DNA of 64,000 nt from Escherichia phage PECP20. Below the pieces are notes generated by a model. That model did no database searches and was not told the DNA's origin. It saw nothing but the letters and a program-made list of their open reading frames with translations. The stretch lies in sequence record OQ873415.1; one strand, 5' to 3'. The position numbers and the translations under genes were made by a program. Of the stretch, positions 45,699 through 55,136 are shown in pieces. How positions within the stretch are numbered: position 1 is the first letter of the stretch; every line of letters starts with the position of its first letter.

Positions 45699-46073
45699 TT
45701 AAAAACGTAATTTAGATATATCTGCGTTGATTTCGTTTTGGTTTGCGTCGTATGCAATTAAACGAACCGCTTTAGATGGGTCATTCAATGCATAGAAATG
45801 ATGGAACATTGCTCGAACGATATCACCATTTACGAGTTCTACCTGGATAGGAGAACCTTTTTCGAGTTGGAAATGTTCATAAGCTTTGATGGTTCGCAGA
45901 TAATCAAGTTTTTGATTTCCAGCTCCAACTATTTGTACGATACGTTTGCCCATGTTTTCCATACGAGATACAATAGTTTTAGGAGCAAGAATAACGTAGG
46001 TTGCCAGTGGAGAAACTACTTCAACAGTTGTGTTTTCGGTGATTGCAGTAAAAATTGCTTGAGACATATTCAT
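45699..46073 (-). CDS. hypothetical protein
   Basis: 124-aa ORF with early promoter at 46104-46132. Confidence 0.45.
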   Translation of the reverse strand: MNMSQAIFTAITENTTVEVVSPLATYVILAPKTIVSRMENMGKRIVQIVGAGNQKLDYLRTIKAYEHFQLEKGSPIQVELVNGDIVRAMFHHFYALNDPSKAVRLIAYDANQNEINADISKLRF

Positions 46074-46136
46074 AATGTTTTCCTCTTGGTTGGTGTAAGT
46101 TCATCATATCATGCCTAGAGGAAGATGTAAACCCCG

Positions 46137-46158
46137 AAAGGAGACCGAAGTCTCCTTT
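46137..46158 (-). terminator. Terminator after gene 41 (bidirectional-looking: A-run/stem-loop/T-run)
   Basis: Plus text aaaggagac-cgaa-gtctccttttt. Confidence 0.6.
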
Positions 46159-46161
46159 TTA

Positions 46162-47604
46162 TTAAAATTTTAACTCATTGGCTAAGCTATCTAGGTCAGC
46201 ACGTGTTGCTTTGGCTTTACCTACGCGTTCCGTACGATTCACCTCTGCCTGACGCATCTGAGCACCTGCGTTTTCATTTACCGTGTTAGGTGTGTTCATG
46301 CCTTCTTGCTCAATCTCAACCCATTTCTGATTGCCTTTACGTACACCCATCAAGAACTTGTTCCACTTATTCTTATCACCGTATCGTGATTTGATTTGTT
46401 TGATAAGTTGTTGTTCAGCTTGTGCAAGTTCTTCGGTTTCAATTACAGCCAACATGAAATCTGCCGTTGCTGGTAAACCTGCTGATTCTGCGATATCACT
46501 CATGTTCATGTCTGAAGCATCCCATGCTGCACGTCCTACTTGAGCTGCAGTCCATAGAACTGTTTCAGATTCTACTGCTAATGCACGAAGTTCTTCTGCG
46601 ATAGCTTTAACTAATGTGTAGCTATTTTCAGTGTAAACTCTGATACGACAAGACCCACAAATACCTAAGTAATCGACTATGATTACAGACGGCACAAAGT
46701 TCTTCTTGAGTTTCAATTCATTAAGCAATGCACGGAATGTATTAGCATTAGCTCCACCAGTAGGATACTGTTTGACTACTAAACGTCCTAATGTTGATTT
46801 TGAACGCCATTTTTCCATCTTGGCTTTATATTCAGCATAAGATACATTACCATCATCGATATCATCGAGTGATACGTCAAGCATGTTTGCATCTATACGC
46901 TTAGCACAAACTTCTTCAGCCATTTCCATGGAAATATAAAGAACATTATGTCCTGTTTGAAGATAATCTGCAGCAAGTGAACAAAGGCCTAAAGATTTAC
47001 CAACGTTAACACCAGCCATTAAAACGTTCAGTGTACCTGTTTCTGCACCGCCTTTGGTGATTTTATTCAAAATGTTTAATTTGAACGGGACCTTACGTGC
47101 TTTATTTAGATAAGAAAGCCAGCGTGCTTCATAGTCTTCCATCCAGTCATGACCAACATAACTATCAAACGAAATTGAAAGTGCTTGACGCATAATATCA
47201 GGAATAGCTCCTACGTCAGGCATTTTCTTGTTACGTTGTTCTGGAGGTAGTTCAGCATTAGACTGAATCTCAATGATTTTGGATGTAGCATTATACATCG
47301 CTTTTTGCTGGACATATTTCTCAGTTTCTTTAACCAACCATTCGTGGTCTTCAGGAGTATCAGCCAATTTTTCAATTAGGTCCGAAGTTCCTTTATATTC
47401 GGCTTCAGTTAAAGAACTGTTATCTAAAGCCACCTTTAATGCATTGATAGATGGCATTGCATTATATTCGTTAACGTGGCTCTTTATAATTTTAAAGACA
47501 TTTTTTGCCGGTCCACGCTCAAAATACTCAGAATCCATATAAGGCCAGACCTTAGAAAAATAAGCCTGGTCATATACTAGATGAGACAAAATAATTTCTA
47601 CCAC
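46162..47604 (-). CDS. 41: Replicative DNA helicase gp41 (DnaB family)
   Basis: 480 aa (T4 gp41 475 aa); Walker A GVNVGKS, RecA-like core. Confidence 0.9.
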   Translation of the reverse strand: MVEIILSHLVYDQAYFSKVWPYMDSEYFERGPAKNVFKIIKSHVNEYNAMPSINALKVALDNSSLTEAEYKGTSDLIEKLADTPEDHEWLVKETEKYVQQKAMYNATSKIIEIQSNAELPPEQRNKKMPDVGAIPDIMRQALSISFDSYVGHDWMEDYEARWLSYLNKARKVPFKLNILNKITKGGAETGTLNVLMAGVNVGKSLGLCSLAADYLQTGHNVLYISMEMAEEVCAKRIDANMLDVSLDDIDDGNVSYAEYKAKMEKWRSKSTLGRLVVKQYPTGGANANTFRALLNELKLKKNFVPSVIIVDYLGICGSCRIRVYTENSYTLVKAIAEELRALAVESETVLWTAAQVGRAAWDASDMNMSDIAESAGLPATADFMLAVIETEELAQAEQQLIKQIKSRYGDKNKWNKFLMGVRKGNQKWVEIEQEGMNTPNTVNENAGAQMRQAEVNRTERVGKAKATRADLDSLANELKF

Positions 47605-47613
47605 GATAACTCC

Positions 47614-47955
47614 TTAAAAGAATTTAAATTTTTTCTTGGTCCGTTCATTAAAAGCTTGTTGTACTTGCATTGTAACACATTTTTCAACATGTGGTGCAAG
47701 TTCTGCTTTTCTGTCCTGGTCAAGAACTGCAAAGTCCATTACGATTTTACCATCAACCCAGTCTAGTTTTGTAATATAGACTATATGATGAGAACCATCT
47801 TCAAGTGTAATCAGAATCTCTTGAATGACATTTTCCATTGCTGAACGGATAATTTTAAGAGATTCATTAAACACTCGTTCTTTGCGAATGTCTTCCCCTT
47901 CCGAAGAAGGGGATTCATCAACGATTTCTAGATTTAAATCATCGAGATTATTCAT
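47614..47955 (-). CDS. 40: gp40-like head assembly protein (by position)
   Basis: Internal ATG at 47955 gives 113 aa (T4 gp40 ~114 aa); lies between uvsX and 41. Confidence 0.5.
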   Translation of the reverse strand: MNNLDDLNLEIVDESPSSEGEDIRKERVFNESLKIIRSAMENVIQEILITLEDGSHHIVYITKLDWVDGKIVMDFAVLDQDRKAELAPHVEKCVTMQVQQAFNERTKKKFKFF

Positions 47956-49120
47956 CGAAATCTTCCATTTCGTCAAGGTCGTTTTCAATATCTGCTGCAG
48001 ACGGAGCATCAGAAGCTTTAACCGGAACTTTAGTTGTTGCTTTGCAATTAATAAGGTCGTTAACAGCGTCATCAACTTCTTTAATAGAAGAGATAGCGCC
48101 TAGTTTATATTTAGTTTCAATTGCATCTCGGAAAGGTTTGTGTTTAAACAACGGTCCCCAGAATTCTACACAATCAGTAGCTTTAGCACGCCACGATTTC
48201 TCTTCACGAATCATTTCACCTGTTTCTTCGTCAAGGAATTCACGAGCATACCAACCAGCTTTAGGCTTAACAACAAATCCAATTTCAGTTGCCATTTCTA
48301 ACAAGCCACTGAATGGATCGATACCGCCGTCAAAATTAACCGTGATTGGGAAAGTAGATTTCTCTTTAACTGTACGAGATTTTTCTGCTTTCAACGTGAA
48401 GTCATAACCGGTCAATTCTGTACCTTCTTTAACCTGACGTTTAGAGATAAAGAATACAGTGTTAGCAGAGTAAAGAATACCTGTACCACCACCCATAATC
48501 TCTTTAGGATATAGTCCGCCGATTTCCATTGCTGTATGGTTGATTGCAACACACGGAATATCTTTAATAGTCAGATAAGGAGTCACAATACGGAACAGAG
48601 ATTTAAGTGCCTTAGCACGAGACATATCACCTACGACTTTCTCGTTCAATGCATCTTCGGTTTCTTTCTTAGATGCAGTATTACCGATTGAATCGATAAA
48701 GATAATAACTTTATCACCGCGTTCAATAGCGTCAAGCTGATTAGTCATATCAACTTTAAGTTGTTCTACAGATTGAATCGGAGTATGAACTACACGGTCT
48801 AAATCAACACCCATTGAACGAAAATAAGATTCTGAAGCACCGAATTCCGAGTCATAAAACAAACAGATTGCATCTTTATATTTCTTCATATACGCTGCAA
48901 CCATAGTCAGCCCAAACAATGTTTTAAAGTGTTTAGAAGGAGCAGCAAAAATAGTTAAGCCTGATTGCAATCCTGCATTCAGAGCACCACCTAGTGCGAT
49001 ATTCAACATCGGAATACGAGTAGGGACTTCATCACGATTATTAAACAGCTTAGACTTAGTCAAGTCTGCAGTCATTTTAGAAGTAGAAGCTTTAATCAGA
49101 CGAGATTTTAAATCAGACAT
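47948..49120 (-). CDS. uvsX: Recombinase UvsX (RecA/Rad51 family)
   Basis: 390 aa (T4 UvsX 391 aa); Walker A and acidic C-terminal tail. Confidence 0.9.
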   Translation of the reverse strand: MSDLKSRLIKASTSKMTADLTKSKLFNNRDEVPTRIPMLNIALGGALNAGLQSGLTIFAAPSKHFKTLFGLTMVAAYMKKYKDAICLFYDSEFGASESYFRSMGVDLDRVVHTPIQSVEQLKVDMTNQLDAIERGDKVIIFIDSIGNTASKKETEDALNEKVVGDMSRAKALKSLFRIVTPYLTIKDIPCVAINHTAMEIGGLYPKEIMGGGTGILYSANTVFFISKRQVKEGTELTGYDFTLKAEKSRTVKEKSTFPITVNFDGGIDPFSGLLEMATEIGFVVKPKAGWYAREFLDEETGEMIREEKSWRAKATDCVEFWGPLFKHKPFRDAIETKYKLGAISSIKEVDDAVNDLINCKATTKVPVKASDAPSAADIENDLDEMEDFDE

Positions 49121-49218
49121 TGTATTTTTCCATAGGCATCATTATATTTTACTCATGTTTAAAAGATAAGACGATTATATACTAAGGGTTATACAGCATT
49201 TAAAACTTTAAATGGCTC

Positions 49219-49767
49219 TTAACGAGCCCATTTGATGATTTCTGTAATCAAACCATTACGTTCGCTTGCATTAAATCCTATAATTTTGTTAGCACCATCA
49301 TGATTAAGTAATTGATACGTTTGGATTTTGTTATGAATTGCAAACTCTTCAAAATGTGAAATGACTGTATTAAAACCGAATGAAGACAAAGTAATAAGGT
49401 CGTCTTCAAAACTTTCAGTCATTTCATTACGTGTTAAAATAATTGTGAACACATCATGGTTTTGGCAAAGACGAACATAGTCCTGTTCATAAACATCAAG
49501 AACAGAGTCCGCATCTTGCCGAATACGTCCATAAACCCAGTTACTAATATATCCACGGTCTAACAGATAAATCTTAGTAGGGTCTAAATAATTCAACATC
49601 GTTTCGAAACAGCCAACTTCATTTCGAGACTTAACATCGAAACGTCCATCAACTGTTCGTTTAGGAAAATCAATCTTTACATATCTTTCACTAATTTCCA
49701 TTATGTCATTAATGAAAGTTGTTTTACCAGCATTATCTGGGCCGTCTACTAAAATAATTTTAGCCAT
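49219..49767 (-). CDS. P-loop kinase-like protein (unknown substrate)
   Basis: 182 aa; Walker A GPDNAGKTT at residues 9-17; size and layout of small nucleoside/nucleotide or sugar kinases; not a T4 gene at this locus. Confidence 0.5.
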   Translation of the reverse strand: MAKIILVDGPDNAGKTTFINDIMEISERYVKIDFPKRTVDGRFDVKSRNEVGCFETMLNYLDPTKIYLLDRGYISNWVYGRIRQDADSVLDVYEQDYVRLCQNHDVFTIILTRNEMTESFEDDLITLSSFGFNTVISHFEEFAIHNKIQTYQLLNHDGANKIIGFNASERNGLITEIIKWAR

Positions 49768-49768
49768 T

Positions 49769-50668
49769 TTATTCCTCGATTACGACATCTTCGTATTTAG
49801 GTATATTATATGGTGAAGAAATTAAAGCATTAAAGTAGATGAACTCACCAAGACCTGGATGGAATACTTCTTCAGGATTTTCGAAATATTGAATCTTCGG
49901 GCGTCCTTTAAGAATTTGATAGTACTCAGTTTTAGTTGGTTTAAAAATTCGAATCAGCGCTTCTTCAGGATACTTATTTCTGTCGAAGCTATTATTTGGA
50001 TCGGTTATATAAAGCGGTTGACCTAATTGAATTGCACATTCAACCACTTGTTCAAAACGATAACATGGGTCACTAATTCGAAATGGATGAAAAATACCAT
50101 CTAGATGAATAGGAGCCAAATCACCTACAAGACGCTGCATGATGGAAGGACGTATAACTTTCTGAGTTACGATAATCTTATTACCATCTGCACCTGCGTT
50201 AACCAGCACTTCTTTTTGACGTTCATTCAACACGGTAGTTTGAAGTGAACGATTAACTGACAACATATCGGTTTTTAAGAATTCGTCAATATAAAAACGT
50301 TGTTTATTAGGGTCTGCAGTGATATTGAAATTGAATTCTACATCAAAAGCGCCGCCATAACCAGTGATATCTGTGATTAGAAAATCACAATCATAATAAT
50401 CAATTAATGAATCAACCACAAATTCATTTTCAGTCCAGAAATATTTACGAGTGTTATACGCGTTATCTTTATACCATAATGGAACAAACTTAAATTCTGG
50501 GAAAAGACGTTCGCATTCTTTAATATCAGATGCATTACGTGGATATGTAATCACATCACCCGGATTAGCACGGTGCAAATGAAGTTGGAAGTTGCCATCC
50601 TTAAGGATAGCATACTGTCCAGTTTCATAAGACCGCATACTCAAGATTGGTACGCGGAAAATAGCCAT
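49769..50668 (-). CDS. hypothetical protein occupying T4 beta-gt locus (possible transferase)
   Basis: 299 aa; no confident motif (a DCD tripeptide after a hydrophobic stretch could be a DxD); translationally coupled to flanking genes. Confidence 0.45.
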   Translation of the reverse strand: MAIFRVPILSMRSYETGQYAILKDGNFQLHLHRANPGDVITYPRNASDIKECERLFPEFKFVPLWYKDNAYNTRKYFWTENEFVVDSLIDYYDCDFLITDITGYGGAFDVEFNFNITADPNKQRFYIDEFLKTDMLSVNRSLQTTVLNERQKEVLVNAGADGNKIIVTQKVIRPSIMQRLVGDLAPIHLDGIFHPFRISDPCYRFEQVVECAIQLGQPLYITDPNNSFDRNKYPEEALIRIFKPTKTEYYQILKGRPKIQYFENPEEVFHPGLGEFIYFNALISSPYNIPKYEDVVIEE

Positions 50669-51384
50669 TAGTCAAGGAATCCTTTAACATAATCAAAATC
50701 ACGTTCAAACACATGGGCGCTTACCATGGTATGAGTATAATCACCAACTTCTACACCGCATTCGTTAGCGATATAATGAAGTAATTTTCCTTGGAGATAA
50801 AAATCCAACTGCATAACAACAGCACAGTTCTGAGAACGCATATGACAGTGGGTATAAAGCTTACCATCACGAATATAATAAGTTACTGAGTCAGTACATG
50901 GATATTCAAGTGTTTCGTCCGAATCAAGCAAAGCCTGATCAGAACTTTCTAGAATTTGGAACACAACTCTTCGAGAGTTAGGTTTTTCTTTAAGTTCTTT
51001 TAGAAGAGTTGGTAATTGGGCCGCAATGCGAGGGCCATAGAAAGTGTTGAAGTTCGCCGGCAAAACATCTGATTTTGGTTTAGAAATAAATTTAGCGACA
51101 TTAGGATATGCCTTAAACGCTTCTTCTGCGTTGGTACCACCAGAAATCATAAACTTCCAGAAGTCTTCGGCATATTCATAAGAGATGCGGTTAATACGTG
51201 GGTCGGTCATTTTGAATGATGATGGAGTGTCAACAACTACTGTCATAGACCCAATTTCATTACAACGTCCAATACGAGAATCAGTTACGAATTCGGGGTT
51301 TTCTAAAATTTCACGATTGACTGCTTTAAATGCGGTTTGAAAATCTGCGGCTTTGATATATTTCATTGTGTTATGTTTTCCCAT
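50668..51384 (-). CDS. 42: Thymidylate-synthase-fold pyrimidine hydroxymethylase, gp42-like (dCMP hydroxymethylase)
   Basis: 238 aa; motifs NSRR, PCTDS (catalytic Cys), MRSQN and C-terminal SAHVFERDF parallel T4 gp42 NPDSRRG / MCTNT / MRSND / SLHVYSRHF as recalled. Confidence 0.6.
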   Translation of the reverse strand: MGKHNTMKYIKAADFQTAFKAVNREILENPEFVTDSRIGRCNEIGSMTVVVDTPSSFKMTDPRINRISYEYAEDFWKFMISGGTNAEEAFKAYPNVAKFISKPKSDVLPANFNTFYGPRIAAQLPTLLKELKEKPNSRRVVFQILESSDQALLDSDETLEYPCTDSVTYYIRDGKLYTHCHMRSQNCAVVMQLDFYLQGKLLHYIANECGVEVGDYTHTMVSAHVFERDFDYVKGFLD

Positions 51385-51426
51385 GTTTACCTCAATACAA
51401 TTTATTATATACTCAATTCATAAAGC

Positions 51427-51666
51427 TTATTTGAATTTCTTGACAATGTTGATATAACGTAAAGCTTCAGAATCTATACTTCCAAGAACACTATGAAGGA
51501 ATGCATCAGTGTAGTATTCCAATTGAACAGGTTCTTTAATCACTTTAGCCGCTTTGGTTTCAAACAGGCCCATAAGGGCCTTTTTAAGAATTTGTTCGTT
51601 AGTGTTCAGTTTCATAGTCAAAATCTCTTCGTTAAGTTTATAATTAAAACTTTTTCTAGAAATCAT
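51427..51666 (-). CDS. hypothetical small protein
   Basis: 79-aa ORF, coupled to upstream gene (ATGA-type overlap). Confidence 0.35.
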   Translation of the reverse strand: MISRKSFNYKLNEEILTMKLNTNEQILKKALMGLFETKAAKVIKEPVQLEYYTDAFLHSVLGSIDSEALRYINIVKKFK

Positions 51667-52823
51667 TCCGGGTACCTCAAAGCGTCATCAGAGTTAGTTA
51701 TATCAATAATAGATATGGAGTTTTCTGCTAACCCGTTTTTAGATAATTGACGTTTATAATACCTTTCACAATATGTACACGTTGACCCACAGATTTCATT
51801 AGCACAATCAAAATCTGGATGTCTGAACCACCTTTTTTCTAAAAAGCCATCTAACAAAGAGGTTTCAATATTTACTGTATGTGAAAACTCAGTCTCATTT
51901 TCAAGAGTGAAAATAGTCTCTAAAGGCTTCCACAGTTCTAACAAATTACCTTCAAACTTTTCAGAAGCGTATGCTTCAAGAACTTTCAAAATGTAGTCTG
52001 TGCTACCTGTACGTCCTGAAACTTTGAATTGAGTGATACCAATATCATTATAAAGTTTCAAATCTTGAGGACGAACAAAACGAGTTCTCAACCAGTTAAA
52101 TGGGTCTGTATCACGAGCTTTAATACAGTGCTGCATAGGATATCCATTTAAGGATTTAGCATCATCAGCGGTAACATCAGTACTATGGAAAATATAGCAA
52201 GAGTCACGATAACTACAATGTGTTGTATACCCTTTACCAGCATTAGAACAGAACTCATTTACAAGAACTTCAAATATTATATTGTTCTTATTGCAAAACT
52301 CTGCTGCACGCTTCAGGAAAGAAACTGAACGGTTCTTATGAATTCCGCAACAGACCTTTTTGATGTTATATTGGTCATGTAAGTATTTGATTTGAGTTAC
52401 CGCATCGACATGTAGAATTGTTGAAACTTCAATCTCAATATCTTTATTGACTTCACGAACAATTTCCATAACAACAGGGTTAGCGATAGTAATACGCCAT
52501 ACGCCTATTGACCAAAGATACTGAACATAATCCTGAATAGCTTTCTTCTTCCACTCAACTAGTTCTCTTTTTGAACCAGGATTTATCGTGTTGAGTGTAT
52601 AGTTAAAGCAAATACCTAATTCGTTACAACGTTTAACGTAGTCTTCTAACATCTTTTTGTCAACGTCAGGAAGCCTAAAATCAGGTCTGGCTGCTACAAA
52701 AGCCATTTCTCTTGTAGAGCCATATACTTCGTTTATCAAGCTATTAGGATAGGTTTTATTGAGCTCTACGATTTTATCAAGAAGAGCTAAATCAAAATTC
52801 GTTCCGATTTTAAAAGTATTCAT
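51663..52823 (-). CDS. Cys-rich putative metalloenzyme (possible Fe-S enzyme, U32-like?)
   Basis: 386 aa; many Cys including C-terminal CANEICGSTCTYC (C-x4-C-x3-C-x2-C) and HCSYRDSC resembling the U32 signature CxSYxxxC; assignment speculative. Confidence 0.45.
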   Translation of the reverse strand: MNTFKIGTNFDLALLDKIVELNKTYPNSLINEVYGSTREMAFVAARPDFRLPDVDKKMLEDYVKRCNELGICFNYTLNTINPGSKRELVEWKKKAIQDYVQYLWSIGVWRITIANPVVMEIVREVNKDIEIEVSTILHVDAVTQIKYLHDQYNIKKVCCGIHKNRSVSFLKRAAEFCNKNNIIFEVLVNEFCSNAGKGYTTHCSYRDSCYIFHSTDVTADDAKSLNGYPMQHCIKARDTDPFNWLRTRFVRPQDLKLYNDIGITQFKVSGRTGSTDYILKVLEAYASEKFEGNLLELWKPLETIFTLENETEFSHTVNIETSLLDGFLEKRWFRHPDFDCANEICGSTCTYCERYYKRQLSKNGLAENSISIIDITNSDDALRYPE

Positions 52824-52879
52824 TTTTTTGCATCTCGCGTTAATTGATGCGATGGTTTTTGCAGGTCTTACTTAAATTA

Positions 52880-53281
52880 TTATAGATTTGGTTTATATGA
52901 TTTAAATGTTTCGAATTCGCCTTTATTCATAAGAGCTTTGAATTCGTCAGGACGCATAGCTTTGTCGTCGATAATCCAATCATATACTGGTTTATGTGTT
53001 AGCAAATTATGGTACTTCAAACCAATGTTTTCCAAGTTCTGAATCAGACTTGGGAGAATGTCAATTGCTATACGACCAGGACCTACCGACTTCATACCAC
53101 GGGCAGTGTAAAGCGTTATGGTATGCCCTGCATCATACAGGGCATTAATGGCAGACACCATTTCGACGTCTGGTTTGAAGTTCACGTAATCACGATTGTT
53201 ATTCCACTCTGTTATACAATCATCGACATCAAAACAAAGATTAAGCATGTTTTCTACACGGTGCATTAGATTCGTTCCCAT
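52880..53281 (-). CDS. putative HAD-superfamily phosphatase-like protein
   Basis: 133 aa; N-terminal FDVDDC (DxDx motif I-like) followed by TLYTARG; weak. Confidence 0.4.
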   Translation of the reverse strand: MGTNLMHRVENMLNLCFDVDDCITEWNNNRDYVNFKPDVEMVSAINALYDAGHTITLYTARGMKSVGPGRIAIDILPSLIQNLENIGLKYHNLLTHKPVYDWIIDDKAMRPDEFKALMNKGEFETFKSYKPNL

Positions 53282-54951
53282 TGATGAGTGATATCGCCGC
53301 CGATTGGACGATAGGAAACACCAGTTTCTTTATCAGTTAGTACCCATTTACCAGGATTTTTTGTAATCAGAGTAGCCGTTACAGGTTCTGCTACGTCATA
53401 ACTAATAGAGCCGTCTTGAAGTACACGGCCCATGTTACGTAATTGCTTAGTCAGAAGTTCCATACCTTTATAATATGCGGCAACCGCTTTAAGTGGATTA
53501 TTCTTGAAATAACCACCTAATGCAATCCAGATAATTGCTACTGCCAAATGATGATACTCGTTAAACGAACTCATCTTTCCATATTTGTAAACTAATGGAT
53601 TGATGTTAATAGTCAAATTACAAGTTGTTTCATCAATAGTAAACTGACCCCAGGTCGGATTAGCATTGAATTCATCATAACCTGAAACAGCATAAAGCAC
53701 TTTAGCTTCATCATACAATTTTGGCCCGTAAATCTTGGTTTCACCAAAATATCCACGAGGGTCGATAAACTTGACTTCGCCGTTATCGGTAATCATAGTA
53801 TTACTGAAGTTCGGGTCACCATGAATAACAGAGTACTGTCCCTGAGAACGGTTATGATAACGAATAAGATGTTCTAAAGCTTGTTTCAACATTGGCTTCA
53901 GACGTCCAATCTTAGTGTAGTTCACATGTGTGATTTTACCAAATGAATCAATCAATGGCTGAATGCTTTCACAACGATCAATAACTTTCGTATAGAACTC
54001 TTTAGTGAAATCACGGCGAACAGTTTCAGGACTTACAAAATAAGTGTCCGTGCTGAATTTCAGTGCATCTAAAATTGCATCAACAATTTGTGGACGAGCA
54101 AGACTTGATTTGGATTTAATATATTCAAATGCCGGCTTACCTTTAATACGTTCCATTTCAAAATTATTTTCATTTACCGAAACTAACTGAGGAACTGAAT
54201 CTGATTTCACTTTCAAATACCATGAAATCTCATCTTTTTGAAGAGCTCGACCTTGTTCGGTTAACGCGAATTTAGTTACAGTTTCTTCGCCAATTTCAAC
54301 TGCATTAAAACTACGATTCAGTTCACGAACTTCATGAGCCTTTTCAAGTTTAGGCATATCACCTAAATCAATTAGATTCATAAGCTCTGATTTATTGAAT
54401 GCACTGCCGTAAAGGAATTCTACGAAATCACGACCTTTGCAGTATTCGTGAATTTCCTCATCAGTAGAACCCATGTAGAATTCCCAGTCTTTGAACTGAT
54501 AAATTCCTACAACATTACCACCTGTTGAACCTACGTTAGTGATATTTTCACCATCGAAATTATATCGACATTCATCACCCTTAACATAGATTGCGTTAAC
54601 ATTCCAAGACCATGAACCAAAGTCAGGAATAATATCACACCAGTTAACAATTACGTTATGGCCATCTAAATCTTTGTATAATTTAGCAAGAGCATAAGCA
54701 GAACCATACGCTTCATCAACTGTACGAATAGTCACATTGAACCCTTCTTGCTCGCAATAAGCTCGAACAGTTTCAGCAAATTTTGAATGAACTACTACAA
54801 TAATTTCATCTGCGCCAAGGTCAGAATAAATTGTATACAAATTGCTCAGAATAGTGTCTTGTTTATAGTTAACAAGCACCTTAGGAATATGGTGAGTAAT
54901 TGGATATAAACGAGTTGCTAATCCAGCACCAAGAATAACAGCTTTTTTCAT
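53266..54951 (-). CDS. Bifunctional sugar-1-phosphate nucleotidyltransferase (N-term) / APH-like anomeric sugar kinase (C-term)
   Basis: 561 aa; N-terminal MKKAVILGAGLATRLYPIT (G-x-G-T-R-L nucleotidyltransferase motif); C-terminal VIHGDPNFSNTMITDNGEVKFIDPRGYFG (HxDxxxxN catalytic loop plus IDxR of choline-kinase/APH fold). Confidence 0.6.
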   Translation of the reverse strand: MKKAVILGAGLATRLYPITHHIPKVLVNYKQDTILSNLYTIYSDLGADEIIVVVHSKFAETVRAYCEQEGFNVTIRTVDEAYGSAYALAKLYKDLDGHNVIVNWCDIIPDFGSWSWNVNAIYVKGDECRYNFDGENITNVGSTGGNVVGIYQFKDWEFYMGSTDEEIHEYCKGRDFVEFLYGSAFNKSELMNLIDLGDMPKLEKAHEVRELNRSFNAVEIGEETVTKFALTEQGRALQKDEISWYLKVKSDSVPQLVSVNENNFEMERIKGKPAFEYIKSKSSLARPQIVDAILDALKFSTDTYFVSPETVRRDFTKEFYTKVIDRCESIQPLIDSFGKITHVNYTKIGRLKPMLKQALEHLIRYHNRSQGQYSVIHGDPNFSNTMITDNGEVKFIDPRGYFGETKIYGPKLYDEAKVLYAVSGYDEFNANPTWGQFTIDETTCNLTININPLVYKYGKMSSFNEYHHLAVAIIWIALGGYFKNNPLKAVAAYYKGMELLTKQLRNMGRVLQDGSISYDVAEPVTATLITKNPGKWVLTDKETGVSYRPIGGDITHQWERI

Positions 54952-54992
54952 GTTGAAGTCCTCATTGGTAAGTAGGTGTATTGTACACTATT

Positions 54993-55136
54993 CTAGTTAA
55001 AGCATTCATACTTTGCCTGTAGACCAATCATAATCCATCCAATTACAAGTGTTGGAATCATTACTGGAGCCGTTAAGCCCCAGTAGATAGTCATGGCAAG
55101 CATCAATAGTAAAAGTCCTATTGTTATTGCTTTCAT
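54993..55136 (-). CDS. small hydrophobic protein (47 aa)
   Basis: Hand-translated: MKAITIGLLLLMLAMTIYWGLTAPVMIPTLVIGWIMIGLQAKYECFN; ATG overlaps stop of SIS gene; possible Imm-like membrane peptide. Confidence 0.3.
   Translation of the reverse strand: MKAITIGLLLLMLAMTIYWGLTAPVMIPTLVIGWIMIGLQAKYECFN

Noticed and set aside
51663-52823. Calling the Cys-rich protein a collagenase-type protease (peptidase U32 name)
   Set aside because: Even if U32-like, characterised family members are Fe-S hydroxylases rather than proteases; a protease role has no support in this context.
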